Shown here one piece after another: positions 59,887-64,000 of a DNA stretch of 64,000 nucleotides. This stretch comes from Candidatus Obscuribacterales bacterium (lineage in GTDB: Bacteria; Cyanobacteriota; Vampirovibrionia; Obscuribacterales; Obscuribacteraceae). The notes beneath the pieces are model-generated. The model worked only from the letters and a program-made list of their open reading frames with translations, was not told the origin of the DNA and made no database searches. Within the stretch, counting starts at the first letter, position 1, and the number at the start of each line of letters is the position of its first letter. A program made the position numbers and the translations under genes. The stretch is taken from assembly GCA_965228855.1 (NCBI GenBank), contig CBDDIJ010000003.1, positions 2,048,001 through 2,112,000 of the forward strand, given 5' to 3'.

Positions 59887-61479
59887 ATGGCAACAACCTA
59901 CTATCAAGTCGAACTTCAAAAACGTGTGGACGAAGAGGGAGAGCTCGTTCGCTGGCTCTTCCTCGTCGGCGTCGCCATCGCAGCATTGATCGAAGTCATC
60001 GACACCAGTATCACCAACGTAGCACTTCCGCATATTCAGGGAAATTTGGGTGCCACCACCAGTGAAGCAGCCTGGGTGGTAACGTCATATTCAATCGCCA
60101 ACGTCATAACAATGCCTCTGGCTGTCATGTTCGGCGATATGTTCGGCAAGAAAAAATACTTCATCTTTTCGATGATTGGATTCACCATCGCATCGGTTGG
60201 CTGCGGATTGGCTAACGATCTGACAACTCTCGTCTTGGCGCGGATCGCGCAGGGGTTGTTCGGCGGCGGATTGCTCGCCAAAGCGCAGGCGTTCTTATTC
60301 GAAGGATTTCCACCGGAGAAACAAGGGCTTGTTCAGGCAGTCTTCGGCATCTGCGTCATCGTTGGTCCGGTAGTCGGTCCAACTCTTGGCGGCTGGCTAA
60401 CCGACAACTACAGCTGGCGCTGGATCTTCTTCATCAACATTCCCATTGGAATTGTGGCTGTGACATTGTGTCAAATGTTTATTCCTAAGGATAAAGAGCG
60501 CGAAGAGAATGCGCCCGACGTTCACATAGACTGGCTCGGCATAATGTCGCTCAGCGTCATGCTCGGGTCTCTTCAATACGTTCTTGAAAAAGGACAGGAC
60601 GAGGATTGGTTCGGCTCTAACGTGATCGTATGGTGCACCGTAGCAAGCATCGTTGGCGCAATCGTTTTCTTCTGGCACGAATTGCGCACGAGATATCCGG
60701 CAGTCAATCTTCGAATCGTGAGATTTCGATCAGTGGCTATCGGTCTGCTTTTCCAGGGAGTAGTCGGTTTCGTCTTATTCGGGATCAACTACGTAATTCC
60801 AAACTTTGCCCAGGTAATGCTGGGTTATACCGCATTACAAGCCGGTCTTCTGCAGATGCCCAGCTCGCTAGTTACAGGAATGATGTTTCCAGTTGTGGGA
60901 GCGATGATCGGAAAGGTTGATGCACGGCTGATGGTCGTCATCGGCATTGTTTGCTTGAGCATCTCAAATGCGTTTTTGGTTCCATTAACACTCGACTGGG
61001 GCTGGGATAACTTCCTCGTCTCCAGCCTTGTCCGCGGGTTCGGTCTGGTGCTTGTGTTCCTGCCGCTGACGATTGCAGCCGTAGGCGACTGCCCGCCGCA
61101 AGATATTCAGACCGCCGCATCGCTACTCAGCCTCGTGAGGACTCTCGGTGGTGGCGTCGGAATCGCCGTGCTCGCGACCGTGCTTACCAGGCGGGAAGAC
61201 TTCCACCGAGCAGTGCTGGTCGAGAAGATCACTCCATACGGAACTGAATCGATGAATCGCCTAGGACAGCTCACGGAGCTCTTTCACAGCAAAGGATTTG
61301 CCCTAGCCGATGCCAAAGCCAGAGCTCTAGCGGCGCTCAGCGGTCAAGTCGATGCCCAGGCAGCGACTCTCGCATTCTCGGATGTCGCCTGGTTACTGGC
61401 GGCTTTCACTGCCTTGACTATTCCGTTCTGCTTCCTTTTGACCTCGGGCAAGCGGGCGGCAAACGTGGAGATGCACTAA
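59887..61479 (+). CDS. DHA2 (EmrB/QacA) family MFS efflux permease
   Basis: IDTSITNVALP, WVVTSY, RIAQGLFGG, GPVVGPTLGGWLTDNYSWRWIFFINIPIG; about 14 TMs. Confidence 0.95.
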   Translation: MATTYYQVELQKRVDEEGELVRWLFLVGVAIAALIEVIDTSITNVALPHIQGNLGATTSEAAWVVTSYSIANVITMPLAVMFGDMFGKKKYFIFSMIGFTIASVGCGLANDLTTLVLARIAQGLFGGGLLAKAQAFLFEGFPPEKQGLVQAVFGICVIVGPVVGPTLGGWLTDNYSWRWIFFINIPIGIVAVTLCQMFIPKDKEREENAPDVHIDWLGIMSLSVMLGSLQYVLEKGQDEDWFGSNVIVWCTVASIVGAIVFFWHELRTRYPAVNLRIVRFRSVAIGLLFQGVVGFVLFGINYVIPNFAQVMLGYTALQAGLLQMPSSLVTGMMFPVVGAMIGKVDARLMVVIGIVCLSISNAFLVPLTLDWGWDNFLVSSLVRGFGLVLVFLPLTIAAVGDCPPQDIQTAASLLSLVRTLGGGVGIAVLATVLTRREDFHRAVLVEKITPYGTESMNRLGQLTELFHSKGFALADAKARALAALSGQVDAQAATLAFSDVAWLLAAFTALTIPFCFLLTSGKRAANVEMH

Positions 61480-61499
61480 CTATGGGAGATAAACATTTG

Positions 61500-61533
61500 C
61501 AACCATCGATACAACCATCGATACAACCATCGA
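61500..61533. repeat. 12-bp tandem repeat (about 3 copies)
   Basis: CAACCATCGATA CAACCATCGATA CAACCATCGA. Confidence 0.85.
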
Positions 61534-61659
61534 CGCTCGATCAGAACCACCGAGCAATGCCCGGAAAGCTTGTGAATACGGCGGTCACAACCAAGCATTG
61601 CCGGTTGAATCATCGGCTAGATCAGCCTTAGAACAAGGATTAGACTTAATTACTAATTC

Positions 61660-61688
61660 TTGACCAGATTTCTAAAACGGTCAATAAT
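61660..61688 (+). promoter_or_regulatory. Second copy of the putative TetR operator and internal promoter upstream of the HlyD gene
   Basis: TTGACCAGATTtctAAAACGGTCAA (25 bp); TTGACC-N17-AATAAT. Shares ATTCTTGACCAGATT with the reverse complement of the 59074 site. Confidence 0.7.
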
Positions 61689-61728
61689 TATCTTAGCGCC
61701 AAAAGGACTCGTGGAGACTAGCGACAAC

Positions 61729-63024
61729 ATGGAAACGACAACCGAGAAGCCTGCAACCGCACAGCCCGCTGCCGGAGAAAGCCATCCGGAGCTTGCTCAG
61801 AAGAATAAGAAGAAAAATCCTGTCGCGCTCGGAATTGTAGGTCTGCTGGCGATTAGCGCCGGTGTGGGCGGCTACCTGTGGTGGCAGCACGCCTCCCAAT
61901 ACGAGGAGACGGACGACGCTTTCATCACTGGTCGCGTACACCAGCTCAGCGCTCGTGTGGGCGGCACCGTCACGAAGCTTCTGGTAGACGATAACCAACA
62001 CGTTAAAGCCGGGCAGCTTCTAGTTAAAATCGATCCTAAGGATTTTCAAATTTCGCTGGACACAGCTAAAGCTGAAGCCGCGCAGGCCGAGCTGAAGACA
62101 TTTGAAGTTCAATCCAATATAGTGCAGAACGCTCGACAGGCAGAGGCCAGTACGTTTCAAGCAGAATCAGCACTTGCCAGCGCCAATGCTGGTGTCGACC
62201 GCGCGAAATTTGCCCTGTCGGAAACCAAACTAGGCGTCTCGATGGCGCAAGCGGAAATCAAACAACGTAAGGCGGAATTCATCAGAGCGACTTCCGATTT
62301 CGAGAGATACCAGAGTCTCGTCGAGGATCGGGCTGCCACCATGCAGAGTTTTGAAAAAGCAAAGCAGGACAGAGAAGTTGCAGAGGCAAATCTTCATTCA
62401 GCAGAAGAAGCGTATAAGCAATCTCTGACTCGTGTTCAGCAAGCTAAGCAGGCTGTCGCAGACGCTGAGTCGGCAGTCGTCAGAGCGAAGGCCGCCGCGA
62501 AGACTGCTGCCGCGGCAACTGCGCAAACCGAGACAACAAAACGCAATTTGTCTGTTCAGGAAGCCGCAGTGAAAAAGGCTGAAAGTCAGGTTAAAAATGC
62601 GCAAACCCAACTTTCTTACACGAATGTCCTGGCTCCAGTCACCGGTAGAGTCGGTCACCGCACAGTTGAAGTTGGTCAGCAAATCGAACGGGGTCAGGCT
62701 CTCATGAGTATAGTCTCCGACGAAAAATGGATAGTTGCAAACTTCAAAGAAACTCAGCTCAGTAAAATGCGTGTTGGTCAAGAAGTGGAAATTAAAATAG
62801 ATGCGTTTCCAAAGCACAAATTGAAGGGACGAGTCGATTCGATAAGTCCCGCTTCCGGAGCGCAATTCGCACTCCTCCCTCCGGACAATGCCACTGGCAA
62901 TTTCACTAAAGTGGTGCAAAGAATGCCTGTAAAAATAGTTTTTGATAAAGAGTCCATTAAAGGACTCGAAGACCTGTTGGCGCCCGGTATGTCAGTCATT
63001 CCGGAAGTCCACGTCGGGAAGTAG
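61729..63024 (+). CDS. HlyD/EmrA family membrane fusion protein
   Basis: ETDDAFI, V.DNQHVKAGQLL, APVTG, WIVANFKETQL, FALLPPDNATGNFTKVVQRMPV. ATG 61729 has a GGAG RBS. Confidence 0.95.
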   Translation: METTTEKPATAQPAAGESHPELAQKNKKKNPVALGIVGLLAISAGVGGYLWWQHASQYEETDDAFITGRVHQLSARVGGTVTKLLVDDNQHVKAGQLLVKIDPKDFQISLDTAKAEAAQAELKTFEVQSNIVQNARQAEASTFQAESALASANAGVDRAKFALSETKLGVSMAQAEIKQRKAEFIRATSDFERYQSLVEDRAATMQSFEKAKQDREVAEANLHSAEEAYKQSLTRVQQAKQAVADAESAVVRAKAAAKTAAAATAQTETTKRNLSVQEAAVKKAESQVKNAQTQLSYTNVLAPVTGRVGHRTVEVGQQIERGQALMSIVSDEKWIVANFKETQLSKMRVGQEVEIKIDAFPKHKLKGRVDSISPASGAQFALLPPDNATGNFTKVVQRMPVKIVFDKESIKGLEDLLAPGMSVIPEVHVGK

Positions 63025-63085
63025 GTTGCACATATAAATAGTTACTCACTACGCGATCGACTGAAGGCGATTGTTGAAGGTACCC

Positions 63086-64000
63086 ATGTTTTCAATTTCC
63101 AATTTGTCCGCATATCGGCTTCATGCCTTACTACTAGCGATAACTATATCTGTAGTTCCGACCCCTTCGGCTCGGGCTGCATTTAACGAGGCGAATGTCG
63201 GCAAGGAGAATAGGGCAGCTATTAGAGATACCGAAAAGCCACTTCAGACAAAGATTCCGAATGCTGACAGTAAAAAGCCGCCACGCTATATTCTCGAACT
63301 TCGAGCGACTCAGACAGTTAAACCCCTTGGTGAAAAGCCCGTCCAGAAAGTGGACGAAACTCTGGAGCGCCTTGCTCCGATAGATCTAAATGGAAACCCG
63401 AGAGTTCAACCTGGTATCACGGAAGGCGCTAGTCAAACTGGCACCAGTCCCGGCGGTCCCGGCATCAACTCCGGTGCCGCCGGAACAAACTCACCAGAAC
63501 GTATGGATGGCAACCGACGATCTGGCGAGGAGTCCAGCGGTACCGGACTTGGCGCCGGGACCACCGGTTCTGCAAACGCCGGTCCCTCAGGTGGCGGCTC
63601 CGCAACGGCTGATGGTAATGCGCCAGTTGGTGATGACTTGCTGCAGCTTCGAGGTGTCGGTGCCACCGGTCTTGGTGCCGGGAGTCTGGACTCAACCGGC
63701 AACTATGGTCAGTCAAACCGCAGAGATGGCGGCGTAAATCTTGATGGGAGCGGCGAAGACGGTGATGATACCAACGTCATAATCGAGCGCCCACCCATTA
63801 CGACCCTAATTCCGCTCAAGGACAATCTGAACCCGTTCTCATTGGATGCAAGATATATAGAACAAGTTGGCTTGCGAGACACACTGCTTGCCGCGACCGG
63901 TCAAAACCTGGACATTGAAGAAGGATTCAGCAGAACCAAAATTTCGAAGTATCGAATGCTAGCTGCCGCATCTGAATTTCTTCCGTCTATCAACAGTGGA
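63086..64000 (+). CDS. TolC-family outer-membrane efflux protein, truncated at the window edge
   Basis: Not in the ORF track. My translation from ATG 63086 is open to 64000: a signal peptide (..SARA), a long G/S-rich linker, then VGLRDTLLAATGQNLDI...AAASEFLPSI (TolC N-terminal pattern). The operon context fits. Confidence 0.8.
   Translation, partial: MFSISNLSAYRLHALLLAITISVVPTPSARAAFNEANVGKENRAAIRDTEKPLQTKIPNADSKKPPRYILELRATQTVKPLGEKPVQKVDETLERLAPIDLNGNPRVQPGITEGASQTGTSPGGPGINSGAAGTNSPERMDGNRRSGEESSGTGLGAGTTGSANAGPSGGGSATADGNAPVGDDLLQLRGVGATGLGAGSLDSTGNYGQSNRRDGGVNLDGSGEDGDDTNVIIERPPITTLIPLKDNLNPFSLDARYIEQVGLRDTLLAATGQNLDIEEGFSRTKISKYRMLAAASEFLPSINSG

Noticed and set aside
61500..61533. 12-bp tandem repeat as a phase-variation switch
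   Set aside because: It is intergenic, has only about 3 copies, and lies well upstream of the predicted internal promoter, so there is no evidence of function.
63390..63737. 115-aa ORF from the track
   Set aside because: It lies out of frame within the longer TolC-like frame starting at 63086.

Overview
A gene-dense bacterial chromosome segment of roughly 50% GC (by eye) with about 44 CDS. I saw no rRNA, tRNA, CRISPR array, transposase, integrase or phage gene. The gene style (Hanks Ser/Thr kinases with Zn-ribbon, TPR or LRR modules, TPR-matrixin and TPR-PDZ proteins, futalosine-pathway MqnE, no photosynthesis genes) suggests non-photosynthetic Cyanobacteriota such as Vampirovibrionia/Melainabacteria. 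That assignment is inference only. Housekeeping genes include tatD, dprA, mqnE, rimJ, nurA, surE, a CorC/HlyC-rsmA-ispE run, nth and a GT28 glycolipid synthase. A TetR-EmrB-EmrA-TolC-type efflux cluster runs off the right edge. The most notable items are: (1) a 927-aa protein with an unannotated papain-like Cys/His/Asn triad plus a small downstream partner gene; (2) a degenerate GGDEF-pseudokinase fusion translationally coupled to nurA, next to a divergent HTH-Zn-ribbon regulator and a stand-alone Clp N-domain protein; (3) a 1769-aa kinase with about 1300 aa of block-structured low-complexity sequence, beside a compact paralog; (4) an exported TPR-PDZ protein with a Q/G/Y-rich prion-like domain; (5) an OsaA/OsaB-like pair of hybrid histidine kinases, one carrying 11 repeats of 92 aa; (6) a probably membrane-anchored SF2 helicase; (7) a twice-repeated 25-bp palindrome that is the likely TetR operator. 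All calls come from reading motifs by eye; no searches were run.
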